NCBI GenBank assembly: GCA_965248695.1
Contig: CBDFKD010000002.1
Span: 1,856,001-1,920,000, forward strand
Direction of reading: 5' to 3'
Source: Acidobacteriota bacterium
GTDB taxonomy: Bacteria > Acidobacteriota > UBA890 > WLXD01
Length of the DNA stretch: 64,000 nt
How positions within the stretch are numbered: position 1 is the first letter of the stretch; each line of letters opens with the position of its first letter. The notes under the pieces were generated by a model, which was given only the letters and a program-made list of their open reading frames with translations, was not told the origin of the DNA and made no database searches. A program made the position numbers and the translations under genes. Below are positions 50,368 through 59,604 of this stretch, piece by piece.

Positions 50368-51935
50368 GATCGCGACTCGCGATTCTGCGCCGCTTCTCGA
50401 AGTTGCGATTTCAACACCTTACCGGCGGCGTTCTTCGGAAGATGCTCGGCAAGCTCTACGACTGTCGGAACCATGTGATTGGGCAGATGCTGGTGACAGT
50501 GACGCACGATCGTCTTGTCGCTGAGCTCTCCATGGCCCACTGGCACGACCACGGCCTTGACGGCCTCGCCCCAGATCTCGTCCGGCACGCCGATGACGGC
50601 TACCTCGACCACCTCCGCCAACGCGGCGATTACCTCCTCGATGTCTCGCGGGCTAATGCGGATGCCCATCGATTTTATGAAGTCACGGGCGCGATCGACG
50701 ATGAAGATGAAGCCGTCGCGGTCGACACGCGCCAGATCTCGAGTTCGGAGCTTGCCACCGCCGAAATACGTCTGTGTACCGCTGGCGTCGTTCCAGTAGC
50801 CGGGGCTTATGTTGTCGCCGGTAGCAACGATCTCGCCGACCTCGTCTGAGCCGGGACGGACCGGAGAGCCATCGTCCTTCAGGACCTCGAGAACGGTCGA
50901 CGGCAAGCCACGACCGATTGAGCCGATCTTGTCCCCGAGCCGCTCGGGAGGTAGGTAGGAGAGCCTGGCAGTGGCCTCCGTTTGGCCATACATGACGTAG
51001 AAGCGCACTTCCGGAAACGCATCGCGGACCTCACGGATGAAGGGCTCCGGGAGACTACCGCCAGCTTGCTGGAGCCAGCGGAGCGCCGGGAGCTGGCGCT
51101 CCCTGAAATGGCTTCGCCGCAGCAGGATCTGGTAGGTCGACGGCACGCCGGCAAGGCCGCTACAGCCCTTGGCCTCCATGTCGTCGAGCACTTTCTCGGG
51201 AAACATGAAGCCGTTGTTGATCACCACAGAGGCGCCGGCCAGCAGGTGCGCATGCAGCACCGACAGGCCGTAGCAATAGTGCAACGGCAACACCAGCATG
51301 GCGCGATCGGTCGGCGCGAGACCCATGTACTCGACGATGTCGCTCGCATTGGCGCTGATGTTGCGGTGGGTAATCATGACGCCCTTCGGAACCCCGGTAG
51401 AGCCGGACGTGAAGAAAAGCGCCGCCAGAGCGCTATCCGCTTCCTCGGAAGCCGATGCGCTCGGTGCGGTTGCGAGGGAGCCGCCGGTGTCCAACCTCAG
51501 CTCCTCCTCGGACCACAGTTCGGTCCCGGTCGCGGTAGCGCTGGCGCTGACGTCGTCGTCAGGCGCGATCCGCGCCGTGACCAGCAACAGCTGCATATCG
51601 GTATCGGCCATGATTCGCCCTAGCCGCTCCGCCGGTAGGGTCAGCGGTAAGGGCACGACGCACAGGCCAGACCGGATCGTTGCCAGATAGGCAACGACGA
51701 AGAAGAGGCCGTTCTCCGCTACCAGCCCGACCCTCGAGCCCGGAGCCAGGCCGCGCGACACCAGCTGCGTAACGGCCTCGTCTACGCGCTCCCGAAGCTG
51801 CGCGTAGGTGACCGTGTCGGCGCCAATCAACAGCGCCGGATCGGCGGCGCCACCGACCGCGAGAAGTTGCTCGGCGACGTTGGTTGACGCCCGTAGCGCC
51901 GCTTCGCGCGAGCTCGCGGCGGCGCTGCCGGTCAC
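50364..51935 (-). CDS. AMP-forming acyl ligase (ANL family)
   Basis: FTSGSTGVPKG, YCYGLS, MYGQTEATARL, GKVLK; GTG overlaps ACP stop. Confidence 0.92.
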   Translation of the reverse strand: MTGSAAASSREAALRASTNVAEQLLAVGGAADPALLIGADTVTYAQLRERVDEAVTQLVSRGLAPGSRVGLVAENGLFFVVAYLATIRSGLCVVPLPLTLPAERLGRIMADTDMQLLLVTARIAPDDDVSASATATGTELWSEEELRLDTGGSLATAPSASASEEADSALAALFFTSGSTGVPKGVMITHRNISANASDIVEYMGLAPTDRAMLVLPLHYCYGLSVLHAHLLAGASVVINNGFMFPEKVLDDMEAKGCSGLAGVPSTYQILLRRSHFRERQLPALRWLQQAGGSLPEPFIREVRDAFPEVRFYVMYGQTEATARLSYLPPERLGDKIGSIGRGLPSTVLEVLKDDGSPVRPGSDEVGEIVATGDNISPGYWNDASGTQTYFGGGKLRTRDLARVDRDGFIFIVDRARDFIKSMGIRISPRDIEEVIAALAEVVEVAVIGVPDEIWGEAVKAVVVPVGHGELSDKTIVRHCHQHLPNHMVPTVVELAEHLPKNAAGKVLKSQLREAAQNRESRS

Positions 51936-52168
51936 TCGATCCCCTTGGTAGCCAGGATCTCCAGGATCTTCCTGACGTCGACCATCTCCATGATCTCGTC
52001 GACCTCGAACTCGACCCCGAAGGCGTCCTCCATCGCAGCCACCAGATTCATATGACCAATCGAATCCCATTTCTTGACGTCATCCGGAACGGTGTCGGAA
52101 CCGAAGCGCGCCGGATCATGCGCGAACGTCTCCTCGAACACCGATGCCAATCGATCGATCATGGCCAT
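51932..52168 (-). CDS. acyl carrier protein
   Basis: Small acidic protein with WDSIGHMNL phosphopantetheine site and EDAFGVEF. Confidence 0.9.
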   Translation of the reverse strand: MAMIDRLASVFEETFAHDPARFGSDTVPDDVKKWDSIGHMNLVAAMEDAFGVEFEVDEIMEMVDVRKILEILATKGIE

Positions 52169-52208
52169 GCTGTCTCCGGTTGCCGGTCTTTCGCACCCCG
52201 TTCCGACC

Positions 52209-52925
52209 TCACAAAGCCATTCCGCCGTCGACCGAAAAGACGGCACCCGTAACGCCGGTTGCGGCGTCGGAAACCAGCCAGCTCACCAGGCTGGCTACGT
52301 CATCGGCGCTCTGCAATCTCCCGAGCGGAACGCTCCTCTCGATCATCGCGAACATCGCGCGGCTGGTGAGATTCGTCTTCACGGCTCCGGGCGCGACCGC
52401 GATCGCCCGAATGCCCGCAGCGGCGTACTCGGCGGCAACACTCCGCGTGTACTGGATCAAACCGGCCTTCGAGGCCGCGTAGACCGCTAGCTTGGGCGAG
52501 GCTTTGAGGCCGGCGACCGATGCGATGTTGACGATGAGCCCGGGCGTCTCGCGCCTCTTCATCACGCTCAGCGCCGCGGCGCTCAAACGAAGCGGCGCTG
52601 CCAGGTTGGTCTGCAGTTGCTCATCAATCGTCTCGGCGTCGGCATCGTGGGCGTTCTGAAAACGCATTACGCCGGCGTTGTTTATCAGCACGTCGAGGCC
52701 GGCTCGGTGGGCGGTGATCGATTCGAGCAGCGCTGCCGTGCCGTCGAGATCCCGCACGTCGGCCTGGTGATACCCGACCTTACCGGCGAGCTCACCGGCG
52801 CTCTCGGCCCAATCCGCCGGCTCACGCCGGGCGATGATATCCACCGTGTGGTCATCGGCGGCCAGGCGTTGCGCGATCGCCAGCCCGATCCCCGAGGTAC
52901 CCCCGGTGATGATGATTCTCTTCAT
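52209..52925 (-). CDS. short-chain dehydrogenase/reductase (FabG-like)
   Basis: TGGTSGIG, NNAG, YAASK, PG, VDGG. Confidence 0.92.
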   Translation of the reverse strand: MKRIIITGGTSGIGLAIAQRLAADDHTVDIIARREPADWAESAGELAGKVGYHQADVRDLDGTAALLESITAHRAGLDVLINNAGVMRFQNAHDADAETIDEQLQTNLAAPLRLSAAALSVMKRRETPGLIVNIASVAGLKASPKLAVYAASKAGLIQYTRSVAAEYAAAGIRAIAVAPGAVKTNLTSRAMFAMIERSVPLGRLQSADDVASLVSWLVSDAATGVTGAVFSVDGGMAL

Positions 52926-52959
52926 AGGCTCTCCCCCAAAGAGCCTTCGCCCCTGAGTT

Positions 52960-54027
52960 CTATAACACGTCGGGCGGCTCGGGACTCGCCTCGGCGGGAG
53001 TCGGTGGCGACGCGCTCGCGCGCGCCTCGGCAGACGTCGCATCACGCAAGTGCACCCCCTCGGAGGTCAGAAACCAGAGGCCGAGTAGCGTCGGCGGCGC
53101 GAACGTCAGCGCGTGAATCAACAGCGAGTAGCCCAGCGCCTCACCCTTGGGCACGCCGAAAATGCCCAGCGCAACGATGCAGCCAGCCTGGAACGTGCCC
53201 ACGAAACCAGGCGCCGCCGGAATCATGACGAACACCGCGACCAGCGTTGTGGCTACGATGGCGAGACGGAACAGGGGGACTCCGTAGGTAACGCCCAGAT
53301 CCATCGCCAACGCGGTCAGCGCAAACGGGGCCGCCAGCGTCACCCACACGTAAGCGCTGGCGAGCAAGATCAACAGCAACTGACGCAGATCCGTCAGGGC
53401 ATATAGGCCGGCCGCGAAGGAGTGGACGGTGGCGCGAAGCGGCTTACCGAGACCGATCGGCAACGGATCGGTAATCCGATCGAGCCACCGCAGAAAGGCA
53501 CTCTGAAACAGGATCAGAGCCAGGATCAGGATCGTCGCGAGGGCGGCTACTGCCCCCAGCAAGCGCACCGCCGCGGTCACCTGCGGGCTGGCGCTATCCG
53601 GGATCGGCACGAGGATGATGGCGACCGCCAGCATGGCGCCGACCGTCACCATGTCGAACACGCGCTCCAGCACGACGGTCGCAAAGGCGGCGGAGAACGG
53701 CAGCTTCTCCTTACGAGCGATCGAGTACGCCTTGACACCCTCGCCGGCGCGCAACGGCAACACCGCGTTGGCGGCGAACCCCACCGCCTGGGAGGCGAAG
53801 AGCGTAGGCGCCGGTACGGGGCGCAGGTGCGCGAACAGCAGGCGCCAGCGCTGCGCCCGCGCCTGGAGCGACAGGAGCGAGGTGGCGGCCACCAGCACCA
53901 GCCAACCCGGCCTGGCAGTCCGCACGACGTGCCACACCTCGATGATCGAGACGTCGCGCGTGGCGATCCAGAGGAACACGGCGCTCACCGCCATGCCGAT
54001 CGCCAGCTGCAAGTATCGCTTGTTCAC
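52960..54027 (-). CDS. lysylphosphatidylglycerol-synthase TM / flippase-like membrane protein
   Basis: RAQRW, N.VLPLRAGE, ERVFD, IPAAPGFVG; multi-TM. Confidence 0.85.
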   Translation of the reverse strand: MNKRYLQLAIGMAVSAVFLWIATRDVSIIEVWHVVRTARPGWLVLVAATSLLSLQARAQRWRLLFAHLRPVPAPTLFASQAVGFAANAVLPLRAGEGVKAYSIARKEKLPFSAAFATVVLERVFDMVTVGAMLAVAIILVPIPDSASPQVTAAVRLLGAVAALATILILALILFQSAFLRWLDRITDPLPIGLGKPLRATVHSFAAGLYALTDLRQLLLILLASAYVWVTLAAPFALTALAMDLGVTYGVPLFRLAIVATTLVAVFVMIPAAPGFVGTFQAGCIVALGIFGVPKGEALGYSLLIHALTFAPPTLLGLWFLTSEGVHLRDATSAEARASASPPTPAEASPEPPDVL

Positions 54028-54117
54028 GAACGAGGCTCGTTGGGAGGCTTCGGGCGGGCGCTCGGTCCTGTCAGGGGAAGCACGGTGGGAGCGCGTTTAC
54101 GGTAGCCGTCGGCAGAG

Positions 54118-54154
54118 CAAAGAAAAAGCCCGGGAGCACGCCGGCTCCCGGGCT
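54118..54154 (-). terminator. intrinsic terminator after hsp20
   Basis: 11-bp stem AGCCCGGGAGC/GCTCCCGGGCT followed by TTTTCTTT. Confidence 0.85.
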
Positions 54155-54177
54155 CAGATCGATCGTTCGGCGAGCGC

Positions 54178-54642
54178 TTAGTTGACGGTCACCGCGATCT
54201 TCTTCGGCTTCGCCTGCTCGACCTTCGGCAGGCTGATCACGAGCACACCGGCATTGAACCGAGCGTCGATGCCCTCCTGATCCACCGCCGTCGGAAGGTT
54301 GAATGTGCGTGAGAAACTGCCGTAGCCGCTCTCGATGCGACGGTAATGACCATCCGTCGCGTCGTCGTTGAACCGCTTCTCACCCTTGAGGGTGAGCCTG
54401 CCGTCCTCGAGCGTGATCTCGACATCCCCGTCCGCGAGACCGGGTAACTCGGCGCGCAGCAAGATCTGATCCTCCTGCTCGACGACATCCACTGCCGGCG
54501 TCCACGCGGGTGCGTCACCGGCAGCTTCCGCGCCGGCCTCGCGATGATTGAAGAAGCGCGCCCAGTTGCGGCCGAAAGCATCGTCGAAGCCGCGCTGCAG
54601 CTGTACGAAGTGGGGAAAGGCGTCTGTACGTCGAACCAGCAT
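54178..54642 (-). CDS. Hsp20 small heat-shock protein
   Basis: WTPAVDV, AELPG, YGSFSRTFNLP, GVL.ISLPK; AGGAGG RBS. Confidence 0.95.
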   Translation of the reverse strand: MLVRRTDAFPHFVQLQRGFDDAFGRNWARFFNHREAGAEAAGDAPAWTPAVDVVEQEDQILLRAELPGLADGDVEITLEDGRLTLKGEKRFNDDATDGHYRRIESGYGSFSRTFNLPTAVDQEGIDARFNAGVLVISLPKVEQAKPKKIAVTVN

Positions 54643-54836
54643 TTGTCGTCCTCCTGGAAACCAAAGACCGAGTGGGGACACGGCCCCGATCGGTAACAGC
54701 TGAGGACATCATAAAATCTGATGATCTATTAATCAAGTCTTATTATTAGAATTACTAAGATCTCAGACGACCCGCCCATAGGACGCGTAACTTGCTGTAC
54801 ATCAGGGGGTTATTCGTTGGACTGGGCGACCGCGCC

Positions 54837-55781
54837 TCAGAGGGAGGGGGTCAGATCCGGATGATTGGCGGCAAAGTAACGGCTCATCGCGTCACGCCAG
54901 TGCGGCAGGTCGTGCAACCCGAGCTCGCGCAGCGCGGCATTATCCAGAGCGGTGTAGTCGGAACGCTTGGCGGGCGCACCGAACTCGGCGGCGGTGGTGG
55001 GGCCGAGGTGCCGTCGCGCACCGACGGCATTGAAGACAATCTCGGCAATCTCGAACCATGTCGCCTGCCCGGTGTTGGCGACGTGGAACAACCCGCAGGC
55101 GCCACAGCCCAGCAGTTCCCAGATCGCCGCGGCCAGATCGATCGCGTAGGTGGGGCTCACAACTTGATCGTTCACCACTCTTGTCTCGGCCCCCTGCCTG
55201 GCACGCTCGAGCATGCGCTCGATGAAGGGAGGCGTTCCGTGTCCCTGCCGGGCTCTGCCGTAGACTGCCGACGTTCGCACGACCATGTGCATCTCGGAAG
55301 CAGCCAGCACGAGGTGCTCGCCTGCCAGCTTCGAGGCGGCGTATACGCTCTGAGGCGCTGGCAGGTCGGACTCCCGAAACGGGACTCGGCGCACACCTCC
55401 GAACACGTAGTCGGTCGACAGGTGGACCAGCCGCGTCGCGGCCCTCTTGCACGCCAGCGCCAGCGTACCGGCCGCCGTCGCATTGACGCGAAAGGCCTGG
55501 GCGGGCTCGGTCTCACACAGGTCCACCGGCTGGAAGACGGCGCAGTTGACGGCGGCACGGGCGCGTTGATCTTGCAGCAACTCCTCGACCCGCGCCGCGT
55601 CCGTGATGTCGGCGTCGCCGCGACCCAGCTGCACGACAGTGCCCGGATCATGTCCCGCGTCCGCCGCCGTCGCTGCGAGCGCTTCGCCTACCTGGCCGAA
55701 GCCTCCGAACACCAGGACCCTATCGTGTGAAGCTATATCCGCCTCCGAGGTAGTAGCTCCGTAAACCCGAGCGCAACGCAT
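54837..55781 (-). CDS. rmlD: dTDP-4-dehydrorhamnose reductase
   Basis: GGFGQVG, STDYVF, YAASK, DQVVSPT; true start probably near 55723 (see findings). Confidence 0.88.
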   Translation of the reverse strand: MRCARVYGATTSEADIASHDRVLVFGGFGQVGEALAATAADAGHDPGTVVQLGRGDADITDAARVEELLQDQRARAAVNCAVFQPVDLCETEPAQAFRVNATAAGTLALACKRAATRLVHLSTDYVFGGVRRVPFRESDLPAPQSVYAASKLAGEHLVLAASEMHMVVRTSAVYGRARQGHGTPPFIERMLERARQGAETRVVNDQVVSPTYAIDLAAAIWELLGCGACGLFHVANTGQATWFEIAEIVFNAVGARRHLGPTTAAEFGAPAKRSDYTALDNAALRELGLHDLPHWRDAMSRYFAANHPDLTPSL

Positions 55782-57186
55782 CGTCCCAACCGCCGGTCAC
55801 GAAGAAGCGGCTGCCGAGACTCCATTGAAATCGCAGCTTGACGTGCGGATCAGGGTCGCGGCCGAGGTCCCACACCTCGCCGATGAGGCGCAGCCGATCC
55901 CGCGCGGCGAAGAAGTCGACTCCGAAGCCCGCCTGCGATTCGAGGATGCCACCGCGGACCTGGAATCGGCCGAATCGTTGCGCCATCAGGGCACTGACCC
56001 GGAACCCCTCAGCACGAACCAACTTGCGCTCGAGCTGCGTCGCCAGCAAATCCCCGGTGACAGGATCGAAGGTCTGCGTCGTGATGTTGGTCTCAGTAAT
56101 GCCGCCGATGTTGTCGTCGACCAGATGGAACTCGAACCCCCGCCCCGATCCCGACTCACCGAGCTCCAGGCGAATCCCGAAGTAGTTCTTGCTCGACTCG
56201 AGGCGCTCGTAGAATTCCGAACGCCACTCGAAGCTGAACTGCGCCTCACCCACGCGACGGAAGAAAGTGTCGGCGGCTGCCAGGCTGTCATCAACCGAAT
56301 CGAGGGCTTCGTTGAGTCGATCAACGGTATCCGACTCATTGACCAGCCGGCCGACCGTGCCCTCGCCCCGATTGGCCTTGCCGAGGATTTCCTCCAGGTC
56401 GGCGGCGGAGCGCTGCAGTCGTTCGGAAACGTCGAGTAGGTTCTCACCGGCGTTGCCGAGACCGTCGCTGTTGCGTTCGATGGCTGCGGTCACCTCGGCT
56501 GACAGACCGCGCATTTCCTCGACCAGCTGGGGCAGGCTTTCCTTGAGCGTTACCGACAGCTCGCTGATGTTGCCAAACGCCGTGTCCATGTTGCCGAAGC
56601 CCGAGTCGATGTTGGCACGGTTGTCCGTCAGAATCGCTTCGAAGCGTTCGGTCACGCTCTGGACATTGCCGAGAATCTCACGCAGCGACGCCTCGCCCTC
56701 TTCGGTACCGAGCACTGCCGACAACGTGCGCGTCGTGAGCTCGAGATTGCGGGCGATGCTCGAGACCACTTCGACCATCTGATCGACCGACACCGGATCA
56801 CCGCCACGGATCCAGCCGCCGGCCGCAACGAGCGGACGTCCCGGCGAGCCCGGCTGCAGATCGAGCACGCGGTCGCCGAGCATGCCGGTCGATCCGACGA
56901 TTGCCACCGCATCGTCGTGCACCTCCACCGCGTCTTGCAGTCGGAGCTCGACCTCTGCGACGCCCTCCTGCATGTTCAGCCGCACTGCCGAGACCGTGCC
57001 GACTCGTACTCCGGCTAGCAGGACCGGGTCATCCTGCCCGATGCCGGCAGCGTTCTCGAAGCGCACGTTAACGATGTAGCCATCGTCGGTGCGGAAGCTA
57101 CCGATGTCCTCGATCTTGATGACGAAAAACGCCAGGGCGACGATCGCCACCAGTACCAACACGCCGACTTTGATTTCCGAACGCAT
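55720..57186 (-). CDS. mlaD: MlaD/MCE-family protein with long C-terminal extension
   Basis: KVG TM anchor, AGVRVG.V, GMLGD..L..PG, GEGTVGRLV, beta-rich tail. Confidence 0.85.
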   Translation of the reverse strand: MRSEIKVGVLVLVAIVALAFFVIKIEDIGSFRTDDGYIVNVRFENAAGIGQDDPVLLAGVRVGTVSAVRLNMQEGVAEVELRLQDAVEVHDDAVAIVGSTGMLGDRVLDLQPGSPGRPLVAAGGWIRGGDPVSVDQMVEVVSSIARNLELTTRTLSAVLGTEEGEASLREILGNVQSVTERFEAILTDNRANIDSGFGNMDTAFGNISELSVTLKESLPQLVEEMRGLSAEVTAAIERNSDGLGNAGENLLDVSERLQRSAADLEEILGKANRGEGTVGRLVNESDTVDRLNEALDSVDDSLAAADTFFRRVGEAQFSFEWRSEFYERLESSKNYFGIRLELGESGSGRGFEFHLVDDNIGGITETNITTQTFDPVTGDLLATQLERKLVRAEGFRVSALMAQRFGRFQVRGGILESQAGFGVDFFAARDRLRLIGEVWDLGRDPDPHVKLRFQWSLGSRFFVTGGWDDALRSGLRSYYLGGGYSFTR

Positions 57187-57417
57187 ACGCTTGCCTCCGC
57201 GAGGGCGCCGCGTGTCTACACGCCGGCGACCCCTCGGACTAAGAATAGCGGCTGCCAGCCAAAGCTGCGCGATGGACCCCTTTTCGGACCATGGTAGATT
57301 GGCCGGCCTCAAGATCCACGGTCGGCACCGAGCTCGGTCGGCCGACACAGAGTCACCGCCGCCCGCGCCGGATCAACGGTCGGCTCGCCGTCTGACCGCT
57401 CAGGAGCACCGAGGCTC

Positions 57418-57990
57418 ATGCCACTCGAGTTTGCGCCCACGGACATCCCCGATGTGCTCCTGATCCGGTCGGAGCTGATGAGCGACGCTCGCGGCGGCTT
57501 TCTAGAGACCTTCAGACGCTCCCTGCTTGCGGCTCAGGGGGCCGATGTCCACGTCGTACAGGTCAATGAGTCGATCTCGGACGCGAAGGTGCTACGTGGC
57601 ATGCACTACCAGCTCGAGCCCCACGGGCAGGGCAAGCTGGTGCGGGTGTTGCGCGGCGCGGTGCTGGACGTCGCCATCGATCTGCGGCGCGGCTCGCCAT
57701 GGTTCGGCCGGCATGTCGCGGCCGAGCTCAGCGCTGAGAACCGCAGCCTGATGTGGATCCCATCGGGGTTCGCTCACGGCTTCTGCGCCCTCGAAGACGA
57801 CACCCATTTCCTCTACTTGCAGACCACCGAGTACGCTCCCGAGGCAGAAGCCGGAGTGAATCCCTTCGACCCGGCACTGGGGCTCGAATGGCCATTCCCG
57901 CGCGACGAGCTGACGCTGTCGGACAAGGACGTGGATCTGCCGCCACTATCGTCGGCGCGCCTCAATTTCGACTATCACGCCGAAGGTTGA
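57418..57990 (+). CDS. rmlC: dTDP-4-dehydrorhamnose 3,5-epimerase
   Basis: DARG.F.E, VLRGMHYQ, QGKLV, DLRRGSP, GFAHGF, LSDKD. Confidence 0.95.
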   Translation: MPLEFAPTDIPDVLLIRSELMSDARGGFLETFRRSLLAAQGADVHVVQVNESISDAKVLRGMHYQLEPHGQGKLVRVLRGAVLDVAIDLRRGSPWFGRHVAAELSAENRSLMWIPSGFAHGFCALEDDTHFLYLQTTEYAPEAEAGVNPFDPALGLEWPFPRDELTLSDKDVDLPPLSSARLNFDYHAEG

Positions 57991-58060
57991 GCCCGGATCG
58001 GGCCGGGCGGTCGTCGGACGGTCCGGTTTTCATCACCGGTTTCACCACCGCCCGCTACCG

Positions 58061-58831
58061 CTACATCATCTTGATGGGGCCGTCGGCGCGCCCGTTGATG
58101 AACTGCTGAACAACGGCGTTGTCGCTCTCCTGGATTTCCTGTGGAGTGCCGATCTCCTCGATCTTGCCGTCGTACAGCATGGCGATTCGATCCGCGACCT
58201 TGTAGGCAGAGACCATGTCATGCGTGATGGTCAGCGAGGTTGCGTTCAGGCGTTCGTTCAGATCAACGATCAGGTGGTTGATCTGGTCGGCGAGAATCGG
58301 GTCGAGGCCCGTGGTGGGCTCATCGTAAAGAATGATCTCCGGGTCGAGCGCGATGGCGCGAGCCAGCCCAACGCGCTTCTTCATGCCGCCTGAAAGCTCC
58401 GCCGGCACCTTGTCCTCGCTGCCCTTCAAGCCCACCCAGCTCAGTACCTCGCGCACCCGCTCCTGTATCCGCGTCTCCGGCCACTTGCGATGCTGCCGGA
58501 GGGCGAAGGCGACGTTGTCGCCGACGTTCATCGAGTCGAACAGTGCAGCGTACTGAAAAAGCATGCCCATACGCCGGCGGAGCTTCGAGAGACCCGCCCG
58601 CCCGAGCTTCGACACCGAGGCCCCATCGACCGTCACTTCGCCCTCGTCCGGAGCCAACAGGCCGATGACGTGCTTGATCAGCACGCTCTTACCGGTACCG
58701 GAGCTGCCTATGATCACCAACGATTCACCGCGGCTGACATCCAGGTCGACGCCGCGCAATACGGACACGTCGCCGAAGCTCTTGTGCAACCCGTGTACGC
58801 CGATGAACGGTTTCTCGGTCACGTGTCCCAT
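58061..58831 (-). CDS. mlaF: ABC ATPase, MlaF/Mkl family
   Basis: GSSGTGKS, ALFDSM, LSGGMKKRV, YDEPTTGLDP, ITHD. Confidence 0.92.
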   Translation of the reverse strand: MGHVTEKPFIGVHGLHKSFGDVSVLRGVDLDVSRGESLVIIGSSGTGKSVLIKHVIGLLAPDEGEVTVDGASVSKLGRAGLSKLRRRMGMLFQYAALFDSMNVGDNVAFALRQHRKWPETRIQERVREVLSWVGLKGSEDKVPAELSGGMKKRVGLARAIALDPEIILYDEPTTGLDPILADQINHLIVDLNERLNATSLTITHDMVSAYKVADRIAMLYDGKIEEIGTPQEIQESDNAVVQQFINGRADGPIKMM

Positions 58832-59604
58832 AGCACGAGCAGCGCCTTGGTGAGGAAGAAATCGGAGACCAGAATCGCCATGCTGCTGGTAACGACGGCT
58901 GACGTCGTAGCCCTGCCGACGCCCTCGGCCCCGCCGCTGGTGTTGAATCCCCGTGTGCAGGAAAAGACCGCGATCATGATTCCGAAGATCGACGCCTTGA
59001 TCAATCCGGAGGTAACGTCATCGACAGTGATGAAAGCGAAGCTGGCGTCCCAGTAGGCGGTCGCACGCGCGTCGTTCATATACACGGAGACCACGTAGCC
59101 ACCCATGATGCCCAGAAGGTCGCCGATAACCACCACCACCGGCAGCATCGTTGCGGCGGCGATGACACGCGGCACCACGAGGTATTTCACCGGGTCGGTC
59201 GCCATCGCCTCCATGGCGTCGAGCTGCTCGGTGACACGCATCGTGCCGATTTCGGCGGCCATCGCCCCGCCGGCCCGCCCGGCAACCATGAGCGCCCCGA
59301 GCACCGGAATCAGCTCGCGCGTCATCGCCAGCGATACCGAGAAAGCCACCAGCGTCGTTGCACCGAACTGCTCGAAGCCTTCCCAGATCTGCAGAGCGAA
59401 TACGGCGCCCGAGAAGACGGCCGTGACCACGATGACCGGCAGCGAGCGGTTGCCGATCTCGAGCATCTGCTGAAACCAGTTGCGCACGTACCACGGCCGC
59501 CGGGTGAGGCTCGTCAGTGAATGCCAGAGCAGCAGCCACGATGTGCCGGTCGACTCGACGAAGCCGATCACAAAGCGTCCGATGGTCGCGACGAATCGAC
59601 TCAT
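58819..59604 (-). CDS. mlaE: ABC permease, MlaE family
   Basis: REL.PV, AEIGTMRVTEQLDA, YLVVPR, GAEGVGRATT. Confidence 0.93.
   Translation of the reverse strand: MSRFVATIGRFVIGFVESTGTSWLLLWHSLTSLTRRPWYVRNWFQQMLEIGNRSLPVIVVTAVFSGAVFALQIWEGFEQFGATTLVAFSVSLAMTRELIPVLGALMVAGRAGGAMAAEIGTMRVTEQLDAMEAMATDPVKYLVVPRVIAAATMLPVVVVIGDLLGIMGGYVVSVYMNDARATAYWDASFAFITVDDVTSGLIKASIFGIMIAVFSCTRGFNTSGGAEGVGRATTSAVVTSSMAILVSDFFLTKALLVLWDT

Noticed and set aside
50364-52168. NRPS/PKS cluster
   Set aside because: Stand-alone ligase and ACP without condensation, ketosynthase or thioesterase domains.
57991-58060. Short repeats at the rmlC/mlaF junction as target-site duplication
   Set aside because: No matching copy on the other side of rmlC and no transposase.
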